The notes below the pieces were generated by a model. It was not told the DNA's origin and searched no databases. It saw nothing but the letters and a program-made list of their open reading frames with translations. Made by a program: the position numbers and the translations under genes. Positions 14,147-26,976 of a stretch of 64,000 nt of DNA are shown piece after piece (the first letter of the stretch is position 1; each line of letters starts with the position of its first letter). The stretch comes from Marsupella aquatica (lineage: Eukaryota; Plantae; Marchantiophyta): contig OZ316896.1 in NCBI GenBank assembly GCA_973895155.1, positions 3,510,738 to 3,574,737 of the forward strand, read 5' to 3'.

Positions 14147-14790
14147 ACTCACACCACTACACCCCACCCACAAAAACACAATTCCCTTAGTGTGGAGGGT
14201 GGATTGGCTGACAGACCCAGAAGAAACCAGTACTTGCACCACTACACCCCACTCACACAAACACAAAGTAACATTCCCTTAGTTCAAATGGTGGATTGGC
14301 CATCCGAGAAGAAACCAGTACTAACTCGCACCGCTACACCCCATCCACACAAACACAAACATTCCCTTACTAGTGCGGAGAGTGGATTGGCTGACCAAGA
14401 AGAAACCAGTACTCGCACCATTACACCCCATCCACACAAACACAAACATTCCCTTACTAGTGCGAAGGGTGGATTGGCTGACCGAGAAGAAATCAATACT
14501 CGCACCACTACACCCCACCCACACAAACACAAAAATTCCCTTAGTGCGGACGGGGGAATTGGCTGACCGAGAACAAACCTTTACTCGCACCACTACACCC
14601 CACCCACACAAACACAAAAATTGGTTAGTGCGGAGGGTGGATTGGCTGACCCAGAAGAAACCAGTACTTGCAGCACTACACAAGTGGGGAGGGGGATTGG
14701 CTGACCGAAAATAACCATTACTCACACCAGTACACCCCACTCACACAAACACAAGCATTCCATTACTGAGGAGCACACAAACACAACCAT
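14147..14790. repeat. ~85-bp minisatellite, ~8 copies
   Basis: Unit TACTCGCACCACTACACCCCACCCACACAAACACAAA...GGTGGATTGGCTGACCGAGAAGAAACCAG starts at about 14147, 14231, 14323, 14410, 14497, 14582, 14665 and 14719. Confidence 0.9.
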
Positions 14791-16997
14791 TTCCTCACTG
14801 AGGAGGGGGATTAAACCAGTGACCTCTTTGTTCTGGGCTATCCGCTGGCCAAGGCTAATCCCCTGGCAAAATGATAGAAGCCAGCTTCGTCTCCTCCTCA
14901 TTGTTGCTGTCACTGCAAGAGTCAGGGCGGGGAAGTCTAGATGGGGTCGATCGATTATAATTGTGCCTTCTTTGTATCGCCTCCTCGTTTCTAATCATCC
15001 CTGAGTCCCTCAATTTCCTTCGCGAGCCGTCTCATCGGTCGATCCACTGTACATGTCTTGGCGTCATCGCTCGACTTTGCCAAGTTCTTTGTAACTATCG
15101 CCCGCTCAATTTTAGCCAAGCTTGACTGACTTATTATTAGTTGATTCATGAGCCCTCTCATCGATCAATTTATCTGCTTTACAATTCTTGGTGTGATCCA
15201 TCGTATCGCCCGCTCTCAATTTTAATCACCTTTGAAATCTACATTGTTGTGAAGACAGGAAAATCCGTCGTCACTTGCTCATTCGTGAGTCCTCACATCC
15301 AGCAGTACAATTCACCATCATCATGGTGCAGTCTTCTTGTGCCCGGGGTTCGGGTGCTGTGCTGCAGGCGTGGGGAACTGTACTGTAGACTCTTGCGGAA
15401 TTGAGCCTACCCCAGAGACTCCAAACTGTTCGCCGGGCACATTGTTCGGCGCTACAGTTGCGAAGTATCCGTTGTTGAACGAGTCTAGATTCCGGAACGA
15501 GACAGTTGAACTTCGTTGTTTCTTTGCAAGCTCGAGCTGGACTGGGTGGCACCGGAGTCTTTGGTGGTCTCAACTGTCAAGGTGTGAAGCCTGAACCCCG
15601 AGGCCGCATTGAAGATTCTCTTCGCGCGGTTCCAGAGTCTGTACAGTCGTTTTCGTCGTTTTGTCTAATTCTTGAATGGTCTTCACTCGCGGCTGCAGGC
15701 AATTTTCTTGTCAGTCCTCTTCTCCTCTCTTCTACATTAGACCGTCATGCAGGTCATCAGCTTGAGATTGCTTTTATGACAAATCTCCATTGATTTGCAG
15801 CCAGTCAATTTTCTTCTTCTGTAGATCATCAATTCTGGGTGGTTCTTTGGTAAAGCTTTCCAGGCCATTTATTTGTCGGCAGTTCTCGTCCCTTCTTCTC
15901 CACTGTAATCCTCTGCAGCTTCAGGTTGCTCTGGAGAGATTTCCCAGGCATTTCGAGCCTGCGGAGGTTTTGGAGAGGAATAATAGAGAACTGTTTTTAT
16001 TGTTGGTGTTGAATTGTTCACAATAAGGTATCGCTAGATCGATCGTAAGAGGAAGTTCTTTGCGTTTGGCTTGCCAATAATTTTCCTCCGAATTGCGATT
16101 GGCTGCGCTCGAGCCATTCAATTTCAATCTAAATGCGAGCAGTATGGTTCAGATTTCATTTCTTTCATTCGCTCATCATTCTTGGCGTTCAGTGAGCTTC
16201 CTCATACTCGCCAATTCCAACGACCATCAATCTTGCATCCCATGATCGTGAAGATCTGCAGCTACGCGGAGATTCAGCCAATAATTGGAATATCAAGGTA
16301 AGGAACAGGATATGGAAAAAGGCTTTCTCAATATTGCTTTCATCATCTCCGTTCGTGCATGAACCCATTTTCCTCTAGGTTGCATGAGTAAGATCTGCCT
16401 TCCACCCAATTGACTTTCGGGTACAGCGAATTGGGACAAGGGTGGATCAATTGGGTTTCCGTTGCCCCACTCATTTTTCCTCCTTAATCGGCACTTTTAC
16501 TTAGACTTATCATCGGATGTCAGCCAAGTAGGCGGCTGTTTCTCCAAGGAGGTTTCGTGGAATCGTTGGAGGGGCCTGCACTTCCTCGAAACCACCTCAC
16601 TCACCGTCGTTCCCCGGGGTATGGTGTGATGCAATCGAACCGACCATTTTGCGTGATTGACCAGCTCTGCTAGCTAGCTACCTCACTTAAGAGTGAGCGT
16701 CTTTTTCCTAACTCACCCAATTAGAGGATTTTGAGAGGGCTGCCCCTTGAAAGCTTCCGTTCCCCTGTTCCAGATCGTAATACTGACTTCAGTTTACCGG
16801 TTTTTTTATTCTATGGCAGATCTGCGTGCTCTGTCCACGCGGGAGATGACGTTATAGTAAAGGACAGCGGTCAAAGTGTGAAGATAGGTGGCCACATCCC
16901 GCTCATGCCAAGGAATACAACAGCTGAGAGAGCCAGTGGAGAATTTGAAAATTGTGATGATGAAGCCGATCCTTTGGGAGATTGAGAAACTTTCGGT

Positions 16998-18923
16998 ATG
17001 TTGACTGAAGGGGTCCGGAGGGCAGATGCGTCGAAGGTGACGCAGTCACGGGATTCTTGTAAGGGTGGAGAAACGACGCCTTCTCACGACATATGTTCAG
17101 TAGGGGACCGCTTGTATTCACAGGTCCATGTGTGCAATCACGCAAGGTGTGCTTCAAAAGATCCGGACTACAATGTCAAATCAGCAGTTCCTGCGAGGAA
17201 ATTCCTCGTTACAAAGAATCACGCGTATGGAGGACTGGAGGAGAAGGAAGAGAATAAGAGGGCCAGTAGTGGATCTAGCACCACCGCTCCCGATCATCGA
17301 CAAGATCGGAACCATACTCTCAAGTCTCTCACCTATTCGGTGCTCACAACAGTGAGTGGGTCCAATACTAAAGTAAGGTCAAATGAGCTTCGCACAAATG
17401 CCAATTCTGTCCGGCAAAGCAGGCGAGCAACAAGAGACGATGGTAGCATCAGCTCGAACACTAGGATGGTTGTCCAACGGAAATTATTGAGACCCACCAC
17501 TACTCAGTCGTCCTCCGTCCCCTTTGGTAGCTCTACCAAACGCAGTGGTGTGACAAGTCCTAAATCCCAATCCACGGCTACAAAACAAAGCAAGCAGTCG
17601 GAGTACTCGGCATCCCCGGATACCTCTCTCAGTTCTATCAGAAATACACAAATCATTTCCACGAGGAGAGATGAGAAGGAGGGGGAGGGTGAGGCAGCTG
17701 CTACATCCTCACCCCCAGCATCGGTCGGTTCCAATCACGACAGCGAGTTCTCCAGCTTGAAAGAGACTGTCATAGTTCTTCAGCAGGTTGGGATTGTCGA
17801 GCTACCTTCCAGTGTTTTGCACAATAACTGTGGGAACAGGGAGGCTACTTCTGACTCCCCTTCTCCTTCTACTTCTTCTTACAGGCCACCTGGCTCGAAT
17901 TCCCTGCCTCCATCATCGCCATCCACGAGTATAGCGCCCACCTCTCCACCTTTGCCAAATGCAGCTGTCGCTCAGGACGAGATTAATTGTGGCTCGTCTA
18001 TTCCATCCGTGGAATCCAGTCCAACTACATCTGGATCGTTAACTTCATCAGTAACTTCTCTCAAGTCAGGGCCACGCCTAGGTAGCCCTACATCTCCTGT
18101 AAGATCTTTTCGTAATACAACTCCTCCATCATCATCTGACAACCTTGCTAGGAATATTATAACTAAGTTGAAGGAAAATCTCGAGGTGGGGTCAGCTTTG
18201 TCATCAGCGTCGCGTGCTGCACCTACTATGCCTTGGGGAATTCCCAGACATTCAGTTTCAGCAGCTGCGGTGGATTCTTCTCCTGCTCCCCAAAATACAT
18301 CAAGGTTAGCGAAAAGATTTATCACAGATTTGCAGGCGAGAAGTGCTGCCCGGAGAAGTACCAAGGGAGTTCGTTCCATTGAACTGAGAGGTGGGAAGCC
18401 CCAGAGCTACTCCGCGACCACCGTCACCAGCTGGAATATGACAACTGCTGAGACCTCAGTGTCTATTTCAGAAATTACGAGTGTTGAGTCAGGGCTTGCA
18501 GGGAGTGGACTAATAGAAGTCTCTGTCAAACCAGAGCAATTCAGCAAGAAGAAATCTCTAACTGCAGCCGGTGGTGCAAATGCCTCGGCAGCAATTCCGA
18601 AGACTTTGAAGGAGGCTCCCAGAACTCTGAAATTTGCAAAGAGCGCGAGAAGCTCTGAGGGTGTGCAGGTGAAGGCCGAGACTGTTGCTTTGAAACATGG
18701 TGAGGTTGCAGAGCGAAGACTGTCCGAGGAGTACATGACAAATCATGCTTTGGAAGGTGTAGTAAGGAAGATTTCGGAGAATGATCGTCGGGTGAAAGTT
18801 CTGGTTGATGCTTTTGAGACTATAGCTACCCTCACCGACTCCGAGGCCCTTGCCATGGAGGAGAAAACTTTAAACCAGCAACTGGGTCACGAATCATTGA
18901 CAGCCACATTAATCGCTGTGTAG
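16998..18923 (+). CDS. Ser/Pro-rich protein with C-terminal plant calmodulin-binding domain (CaM_binding/PICBP-like)
   Basis: 641-aa uninterrupted ORF; the C-terminus VALKHGEVAERRLSEEYMTNHALEGVVRKISENDRRVKVLVDAFETI matches the plant CaM-binding consensus (V-L-R/K-H...KV..LV.AFETV); upstream exons are possible. Confidence 0.8.
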   Translation: MLTEGVRRADASKVTQSRDSCKGGETTPSHDICSVGDRLYSQVHVCNHARCASKDPDYNVKSAVPARKFLVTKNHAYGGLEEKEENKRASSGSSTTAPDHRQDRNHTLKSLTYSVLTTVSGSNTKVRSNELRTNANSVRQSRRATRDDGSISSNTRMVVQRKLLRPTTTQSSSVPFGSSTKRSGVTSPKSQSTATKQSKQSEYSASPDTSLSSIRNTQIISTRRDEKEGEGEAAATSSPPASVGSNHDSEFSSLKETVIVLQQVGIVELPSSVLHNNCGNREATSDSPSPSTSSYRPPGSNSLPPSSPSTSIAPTSPPLPNAAVAQDEINCGSSIPSVESSPTTSGSLTSSVTSLKSGPRLGSPTSPVRSFRNTTPPSSSDNLARNIITKLKENLEVGSALSSASRAAPTMPWGIPRHSVSAAAVDSSPAPQNTSRLAKRFITDLQARSAARRSTKGVRSIELRGGKPQSYSATTVTSWNMTTAETSVSISEITSVESGLAGSGLIEVSVKPEQFSKKKSLTAAGGANASAAIPKTLKEAPRTLKFAKSARSSEGVQVKAETVALKHGEVAERRLSEEYMTNHALEGVVRKISENDRRVKVLVDAFETIATLTDSEALAMEEKTLNQQLGHESLTATLIAV

Positions 18924-20004
18924 ATCTCGTAGCAAAGGTACTTCCACTCGAAACCACTTTGTCATGAATTCATATTGTGTTTGGACCACATTTCCACTAC
19001 ATTTCAGTGGAAATGTGGGCTGAAAAATGACTGTCCCTGAGACGCCTTTGCACCTCATCTGATTCAGTCAAACTGAGGGTTTATTCGCTACCGGTCTTAT
19101 TCATATTAGAAAATGATGAAGAGTCTAGATTTAGATTTAGATAAACCCTAAAGTTTGTACATATTTGCAACTGTAATGCTTTCATCAGCAGCTCAGATTG
19201 TCCTGGAGTATTGTCTTTTGGAGTTCACTTACTTATCTGTTTGATCCTGGAGAATTGGCCGTCCAGAGGGTCCCTCAGGAAGGTCACTCCCCTTAAAACC
19301 GTGAGGATGCCTGTCATTGCGCCCGTTCTCGAAGTGCAACTCAAAGCTCGTATTCTGTTTGGAAAGTGAATTCATCTGAAATGAAGGTCTTGGTTAGAGA
19401 ACTAAGCTGGTTGGCTGAGGACGAAGTGCTGAATTTCGTATTTTCCATAAAAGATGATTTGAGAAGCTGTTTTACCCGGAACGAGACAGATCCAATTTTA
19501 GGATTGTCTAGCTTCCACTTCAAAGAATCCCCTGCGCTAAGAGGTCGATGAAAGTCTGACATGTATTTGTGTGACTGTTATTTTCTGCACAGGAAGGTGA
19601 TTCTAGCGAGGTTTTTGGACCTAAAAGATAAGTAAATATGCCGTAATTTCAACGACGGCAAGAAATGCCATGTTCGAGAATACATGTTCAATTAATGGCT
19701 TTGCATGTGCCGTAGCTCTATTGTGCAGAGTAGATGGACAAAAGACGATGTCCCAAGGATAGAGACGCAATCTACTCACGTGATTGATGGTGAGGACAAG
19801 AGTGTACAGCAAGAGAGGCAATATTAGGTAGGAGCGTCTAAACCCATTGTACAGCTTCCTTTTGAGAAAGCAACCTAAAAGAACCCTCGATCCAAAGTAA
19901 GGATTTTGGGAGGAGGATCACCAGAAATGGAATCCAGTAGAAAATATGGCTAGGGGGAAAATCACGCTCGACATCGTCGTAAGATTTATGTCCTGCCCCT
20001 CAAA

Positions 20005-20715
20005 GATACTTGCTTGAAAGACCGGGCATCAATTGGACGGTTTAGCCAGAGTTCGACTTAACAGTGAGACAAAACGGTTGCAAATGGTTCTTGGCTGGTG
20101 GTCGTAGCAGTGATCTTGACTAAGGAACGCTGGACGATCTAGTATAGTGCCGACAACTGCTTGCTTTTCTTGCAAGACAGGTCGATAAGTCGGCAAGGTT
20201 AGAGGAGCGGCTTCTAACAATATCTTACCAGATTTTAGCATGTCTGAAATATATCCTTGCAACAATTCGAGATACTTGCTTAGAAAGAACAGGCACTAAT
20301 TTGACTTCAACTTCACAGTGGGATAAAGCAGCTGCAAGTGGTTCCCCGAGTGGTTCTTGGCTTCTGATCTTAGGAGCAATCTCGACTATGGACCGCTGGA
20401 CGAGAGCAGGGTCTGAAGATATCTTAGAGGATTTAAGCCCACCTCAATTTTGACCAATCATGCAGAACTTACTATCCTCGCAATTAGAGGTGTTTGCTTG
20501 GAAAGAACGGGCATGAATTTGGATGGTTTAAGCAGACTTCAACCTCAGTGGGATAAAACGGCTACAACCGGTTCTTGGCTTCTGGTCGTAGCAGCGATCT
20601 TGACTTTAGAACGATAAGCGAGAGTAGAAAGGTAGGTGCCGACAACTATTTGCTTTAGTGGCAACAAGGTCAATTGGCAAGACCCCATCTTCTGAGGATA
20701 TCTGAAAGGATTCAA
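20005..20715. repeat. Old degenerate triplication of a ~230-265 bp unit
   Basis: TTGCTTGGAAAGAACGGGCA...CAGTGGGATAAA...GGTTCTTGGCT...GATCTTGACT blocks recur at ~20005, ~20271 and ~20493. Confidence 0.7.
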
Positions 20716-21537
20716 GCATGTATGGATAATTATCCGCCCAAGCATGCATACCTTAAGTTGGACACAAGTATTCATGGATGGGAAAGAATAAAATTAACAT
20801 AATTTAGTCATATCGAGGACCCATCATCTACAGGAAGGTGCATGCTGTCGTCTAAGACAGAAGGGGGATGCCTACTGTACGTTGTTTTATGAAGTTCTTC
20901 ATCCAGCCCGGGTGATTTTCGGTCAGGACACCCTCTTCGTCGGTTCACTCCTGTTCTTACAATGAATAACCATTTTAGTACCATGGAGAATTAAGTTCCC
21001 GAGATTGGAACCATCACGTCATTTTGTCTCTAGTGATGGATGGATTGAGTGATCCACTCTGATCCCCATTGCGTTGTTCTGAGGGACACATTGAATGGAC
21101 TGAGCTGCATCAAAAACCGCAACTGTTTACAGTGTTTGGCATCGCGCCGAGATCAGCGCTGCTCAATGCATGATTAGGCTATAGCCAGGATCTGGTCGGG
21201 GATCTGGCCTGTGGTTAGAATCAGCCACTGGGCCCAGAAACACATGTGGTTCATGACTCACATGATTATTTGTCGCTGTGTGAATCTAAAACACATAACG
21301 ACTTGTAGATGCACGTACACGAGAGAATATACAAGAGATGGAATATATGAACGCAGTGCTCAGATCTGCTTCTCACGGTATGTCTGATTATAATACAATC
21401 ACTGCAAGGGCAGGGACATATAACATGAAGGAACAATCATCCGCGGGCGGCAGACAGGGGCGCAGCCCAAGTGGAATGGAGCGCGTCCAGGGAGCGGCCC
21501 TGCTGGCAACCAAGTGGAACAGAAAGAGAGAAACAAC

Positions 21538-21602
21538 GACAGCTAACAACGTGTCGCTGAAAACGATAGCTAACTACGTGTCGCTGAAAACTACAGCTAA
21601 TG
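21538..21602. repeat. 27-bp tandem repeat, ~2.5 copies
   Basis: AGCTAAC(A/T)ACGTGTCGCTGAAAAC repeated. Confidence 0.8.
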
Positions 21603-22310
21603 CAAATGATGACTAGTCTGTCTACGTATATCTATACGGTCATCAACAGGTCGATCGCTTCCAGTCGTATGTCAGAATTAAGGAAGACAATTCAGATTGA
21701 CACGCTGGCTGAATTCCTAGATCTCGATAGCGTCTAGCGTAACTACTAAGATATCACCGGCAGGGAGACTAGACACAACTGGAAAGAACAATTGAGATCA
21801 GCAGTTTCAATCGAAGATGAATAATTCAGCAGAAACGTGACTGTTCTCACAGGAGGTCATGGAAGCCTGAATGAGTAGCTCTGTTCTTACATTCGCTCAC
21901 AGGAATTCATGACATCAGATTAGTGACTTTGTTCTCATACCAATTCAAAGCAATTCATCAAATTAGATCAATGACTTACTTTGTTCTCACAGACAATTAG
22001 AGGAACTGATCCACGGAAATAAGCGACAGCGCTGTGTAACATCAGACCATAGAAATAAATCAATTGAAGATTGTCTGATGACAGAGTTTTATTGATATGG
22101 GACACGGCGCTAATACCTTCAAATGTGAAGATCCTATCTGTAACGTGGGTAAAAGAATGTAGAAGGAATGAATGCATGTCATTACCCAAATGGGCAATGG
22201 GATGAACAATGTATAACAGCTTCCCGACAGGATGGCAAGGGTGATCGATCCAGGAGGTCAGGAACAGGGGACTCAAGTACCCAAACTCCCTGAAAAATTT
22301 GGAAATTTAA

Positions 22311-23021
22311 TCAAGCTAGCGCATGGACAAGTTTCGATAGGACACCTCCCAAGCTCGCCACCTCCGACTCGGTCATGAAGAAGGACTTGGCCAGAAGCTG
22401 AGGATCAATACCAACCCCAAACAACGCCACGGGCATTAGCTGAATGCCAGGATTCTGGCTGTTCAGCACGTTCAAGCTCACTGCTCGAACGGTTCCCATG
22501 TTGAGCTGGAAGTGCAGCAGACCTCTGGGAAAAATGAATGCCTCACCCTTCTTGACAATCTTGGCATACAGCTTGTTGGGGACTGCGGGGTTATCGCTAT
22601 TTGTGACGAAGCCGGTGTAGATCTCTCCCTCCAGACAGAAGAGGATCTCGGTGGCCAAATTGTGGGTGTGCGGCATAATGATTCCCCCAGGGTTGAGGTC
22701 CAGTCGAACCAGACCCAATCCCAATGTGTTCAGTGCAGGCCATTCTCGAACAAATCCGAACGTTGCAGTACCATTAGTGGGATTTCCCGTGAGATTCGCG
22801 TAGTTAGCCAATCCGGCGAATGCGAAGTCTTCCGTCGTGATGAACTCAGCTGCCTTACATGCGTAGCCATTCACACTGGGCCCCCCCGCTTCCACATCCG
22901 CCACACAGAAGTCTTGCAAAGGATCAGGGTCAGTCGCCCTGACGCCAATGGCAATTGCCGCCATCGCTATGATCGTTACAAATAGTCTGAAGTAGTGCCG
23001 GGTTGAATTTGTAAATGCCAT
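22311..23021 (-). CDS. Germin-like protein, secreted, intronless; copy 2
   Basis: Signal peptide, DPDPLQDFCVAD, PHTHNLATE and FPRGLLHFQLN germin boxes. Confidence 0.95.
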   Translation of the reverse strand: MAFTNSTRHYFRLFVTIIAMAAIAIGVRATDPDPLQDFCVADVEAGGPSVNGYACKAAEFITTEDFAFAGLANYANLTGNPTNGTATFGFVREWPALNTLGLGLVRLDLNPGGIIMPHTHNLATEILFCLEGEIYTGFVTNSDNPAVPNKLYAKIVKKGEAFIFPRGLLHFQLNMGTVRAVSLNVLNSQNPGIQLMPVALFGVGIDPQLLAKSFFMTESEVASLGGVLSKLVHALA

Positions 23022-24983
23022 TGTCGAATATAGAACTGCAAACCGGAGACGGACATTTCTAGCTTTTTCAATCTAGAGACAGTTCTAGCTTTGGGCTGCG
23101 AGAGATCAATGCACTCTACAATGGTACGAGGTAGACAGCAATATGCACTTGAGTTTAGTGAACTGCGAAGTGTTGACGATGGCTGGAAAATCTATCACAT
23201 ACTATGTTAGATTGTGGTCCTCAAGTGGAAGAGTTGAGAGAACCGGAAGCTCAAAAGCGAGATTCAAATAAACTTGAACTGCGATGACTGAGAGCGTGCC
23301 GCACTGTGAGGTGGAGCTGGTTCACTATGAGCAAGTGATAGTTTGACTTCAATGCATTGAAGCCAGGTATTTAAGCTCTTGATCGAATCCGGTAATGATG
23401 TGTTCCCTGGACGTTCCCAGCTGCTGTGAAGGAACTTTCACTAGTCACTACATTCGCCCTTCCAAGAGTCCCTTCCCCAAATCGGACAAATCCCCCACAG
23501 GACGTGTCGACGTGATATAAGTTTAACCATGATCGTGGGTCCCGCTTAGACTTCGATCCAAAGTAAGGCAATCCCAACCACAGCAGTGGACTGTGTTCAA
23601 CGCGATCCTCCAGAGCAACGAAGCTGTAACGTAATGTCCTGGGTCAATCTACATCCGTTGGAGAAACTTTATAGGTCCCAAGTGTACATATCATTACACA
23701 TCATACTAAAGAGAATTAAACTACTGTATTATGAAAGGGACATCGCGGACAAATATCCACCACCGCGAAGTGACGAAACCTGTCCACCAGAACTCAGACT
23801 TATTGACAGTGTACTTTTGACCACGTTTGATAGCTTGGACATGACTGTCCGTGAGATTCGGATGGCCCTCAGATACCTTCCGGGATGCTGCACCGATGGC
23901 TACAAAGCACGCTGCTGGTACGAGGTAAGTTCACTCCACTTGTAGTGGAGCTGACTTGTGTTTCGGACGCGCTGAGCTTGTTTGTGAGTAAATTGCTCTT
24001 TGTTAACTCACGTTGACTTACCCTCCACAATGTCAACAACCAATGTCGGAATGATCTGATCACTGAGTTGAATGGCCTTTGAAGATACTGTGGTTTCGAC
24101 GCTATGGAGTGGCGGCTTTATCAGCTCGAATAAAGTAGTTTGGAGGCGATTATGCGTAGACATATTCCAGGCGGCAGATTCTCATATTGATTACAATGTT
24201 GGAAGCTTGTATGGCGGAGTTAATCTAATTGGACGAGAACAAGGGACAATACAGGTTTGCGGTCAGATTTCAACGTTAATCTGTGCCTTCATTTTTTACG
24301 AATATTTTGAAGAATTCAGCCATACTAACACTGTGGCATCGAAATTACAAACAAAGAAAGCAATTCATGCACTAAAGGGTGAAAAGTGCGAGCAATAATG
24401 AGCCCGGTCCTCTGTGAGTAAAGGGAATTAGTGTGGAAGTCTACCAAGCAGAATCCAATAGTTTTGTACCAAAAACCCTTACAGGAACTTTTCGATTTTC
24501 ATTGACGAATCAGTAAACACTACTAATTTGTTGCACGTGAGATTGCAAGAAACCAAAGCTGCGCCAGCTGACCATGATAATTGTCAATGGTATGGAAGGT
24601 TCAACGATTGCTGTATCTAAGTGCTAATATTTGAACTCCATTCACAGACAAGACTTTAAATATCAATTAATAAGTGCACAGGATATAGTCAGTGCACGGT
24701 AGTGCAGAAATCTCAACTACTATGTACCATAAAGATGGAGTAAAATATATTATCTAACTGGATTTGCATGATTAGGACCCAGATACCCAAGATAGAATAG
24801 CGCCTTTCAACTGACGTTTTCATTGATTGCAAGGTGTTGGTCTCTCCTTTACAGGTTTCTAGGACCAAATAATTTTATACATGGATCTAACCTCTATTTG
24901 TCAAGAAGTCTCACACAATATATCTACATTTGCACGACAAGATGTTCTAATATAGAGCTGCTAGTTTTAAGTATCACAACTAG

Positions 24984-25588
24984 ATGGTACTCTACTGCTG
25001 GTCTTGCCGATCAGACAATTTTATGTTAGTTACAGATGACTGTTCGCGGTATACTTGGGTGTTCTTTTGCAAAACAAGGTTCATTCAAGTGTTTCCACTG
25101 TCTCGCGAAACAATATCGTTTGCTGACAATGGGGTTGATCTACGCTCCGCATCAGGAGATGTTTTTTCAAATTGGCAGGGGGTGCCATCAGATGTAAGTC
25201 AGGTAAGCAAGTTTCCATTGCTGCCAGTTCTACCGAAGCCGAATACCACTGTTATTCTGTTGCTACTAAGGAGGCGGTCTGGGTTCGTGCGCTGCTTCAA
25301 TAATTGGCTGTGTTCTCTTCTGATGTTCCTCCTGTGGTCATTTATGGGGAGAACAAGCTTGCAATGGCTTTGGCTGTCATTCCTGAACACCAACTGAAAA
25401 CAAAGAGCACTGAAATTCATTGGCGTTACGTTTGGGAGCTCGTCAAGAAAGGCACTGTTCTTTTGAAATACTTGTCCACTGACAATATGCCGGCAGATGG
25501 ATTGACCAAGCCACGGAAGAAATCACATTTGGTCATTTCATTCAACTACTCGGGCTTACGCTTTTGCCAGTTGATTTTGATCATGTAG
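24984..25588 (+). mobile_element. Degenerate Ty1/Copia retrotransposon remnant (integrase and RNase H fragments)
   Basis: FMLVTDDCSRYTWVFF is a Copia integrase motif; VIYGENKLAMALA...KSTEIHWRYVWELV...YLSTDNMPADGLTKP is Copia RNase H; the fragments are separated by deletions and frameshifts. Confidence 0.85.
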
Positions 25589-26134
25589 ACTACATGATTT
25601 TGATCGACGTCACGTTTTTAGACTGGACTTAAACAGACACAAATGCCCTACCACAGCTACTAGAGCCTGTACTCGGAAAAATTGAATCGGAAAAAAAAAT
25701 TTAGAACCCTTGAAGCTCAAGCACCATATATTAATGAAAGTCTCTTCAATTCGCCATGACAGAATCCCAGCTGATCGCACTCGATCAAGGTCGGAAACTC
25801 GACAGGATCACATAATTGAGCTGGATGGATAAAACTGTGAAGCAAATATATTTCATTCATCTTTATGCATATATGTAGACGGCATATTAAAACACTTTAT
25901 CATAAAAGTGATTCATGGACCATCCAAACTAAAATTTCAGGTCGCAGCGTAGATTGCGTATTAGTTGCTAGAAATTAGGCCTAGGGTAATGGTTGAATGA
26001 ACAAATAGAGAACTACATATTTGTCTGCAAGAATGCCCAGTGTTCTCGATCTAACGAAGCAAATTACTGTAAAGACTCGGAATCATGCCATCCCGCCATC
26101 CTGCATGTAGTATCGCTGGAGCATTTCATTTTTT

Positions 26135-26839
26135 TCAGGCGAGTTGAGACAGGACGCTTTCCAAGCTTGCCACCTGAGCGGTATCGATAAAGAATGATTT
26201 GGCCAGAAGCTCGGGATCGATGCCGACCCCAAACAACGCCACCGGCATAAGCTGAAAGCCGGGATTCTGTCCATTCAGCACGTTAAAGCTGACTGCTGGT
26301 ACAGTGCCCTTGTTCAGCTGGAAGTGGAGGAGTCCCCGTGGGAAGATGAATGCCTCCCCCTTTTTGACGATCTTCGCGTACAGCTTGTTGGGGACTGCGG
26401 CGTTATCGCTATTTGTGACGAAGCCGGTGTAGATCTCGCCCTCCAGACAGAAGAGGATCTCCGTCGCCAGATTATGAGTATGCGGCATGACGACGCCGCC
26501 AGGATTGATGTCCAGTCGAGCTATAGCCAAACCCAGAGTGTTTAGTGCGGGCCAGTCTTGAACAAAAGCGCGTGTGGCTGTGCCATTGAGCGGGTTGCCA
26601 GTGAAATTCGGGGCTTTTGCTAGCCCTGCAAATGCGAAGTCTTCGGCGGTGGCGAGTGTTGGGTCCTGGCATGTGTAGCCGTTAGCCGTTGGCCCTGCAG
26701 CAGTCAGGTCCGCAATACAGAAGTCTTGGAGCGGATCCGGGTCAGCTGCTATCACTCCATTCGGAACATTGCCCAGGCCTACGATCGCCAGGCCCACGAT
26801 CATCAGGAGAACATGGAGGTTTGGAACTGTCGATGCCAT
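26135..26839 (-). CDS. Germin-like protein, secreted, intronless; copy 3
   Basis: MASTV signal peptide, DPDPLQDFCIAD and intact germin boxes. Confidence 0.95.
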   Translation of the reverse strand: MASTVPNLHVLLMIVGLAIVGLGNVPNGVIAADPDPLQDFCIADLTAAGPTANGYTCQDPTLATAEDFAFAGLAKAPNFTGNPLNGTATRAFVQDWPALNTLGLAIARLDINPGGVVMPHTHNLATEILFCLEGEIYTGFVTNSDNAAVPNKLYAKIVKKGEAFIFPRGLLHFQLNKGTVPAVSFNVLNGQNPGFQLMPVALFGVGIDPELLAKSFFIDTAQVASLESVLSQLA

Positions 26840-26965
26840 GTTGGACCTTGGATCTAACACAACTGACTGGAAACAGGCTCGACGTTGCGTTCGCTAATGT
26901 GATCGAACAGACTGAAGCACAGAAGTGTGAATCGAACTTGATGATTAATGTTACTTCCGACTGCC

Positions 26966-26976
26966 TATAAATACTC
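26966..26976 (-). promoter_or_regulatory. Putative TATA box of GLP copy 3
   Basis: GAGTATTTATA on the minus strand, conserved with copy 1. Confidence 0.6.

Noticed and set aside
14147-14790. Repeat array superficially like a CRISPR array, with repetitive ORFs
   Set aside because: Whole units repeat with no unique spacers, there are no cas genes and the context is eukaryotic; the ORFs are by-products of the repeat
23371-23945. Possible gag remnant (LPYFGSKSKRDPRSWL)
   Set aside because: Only a weak short resemblance; nothing else supports it
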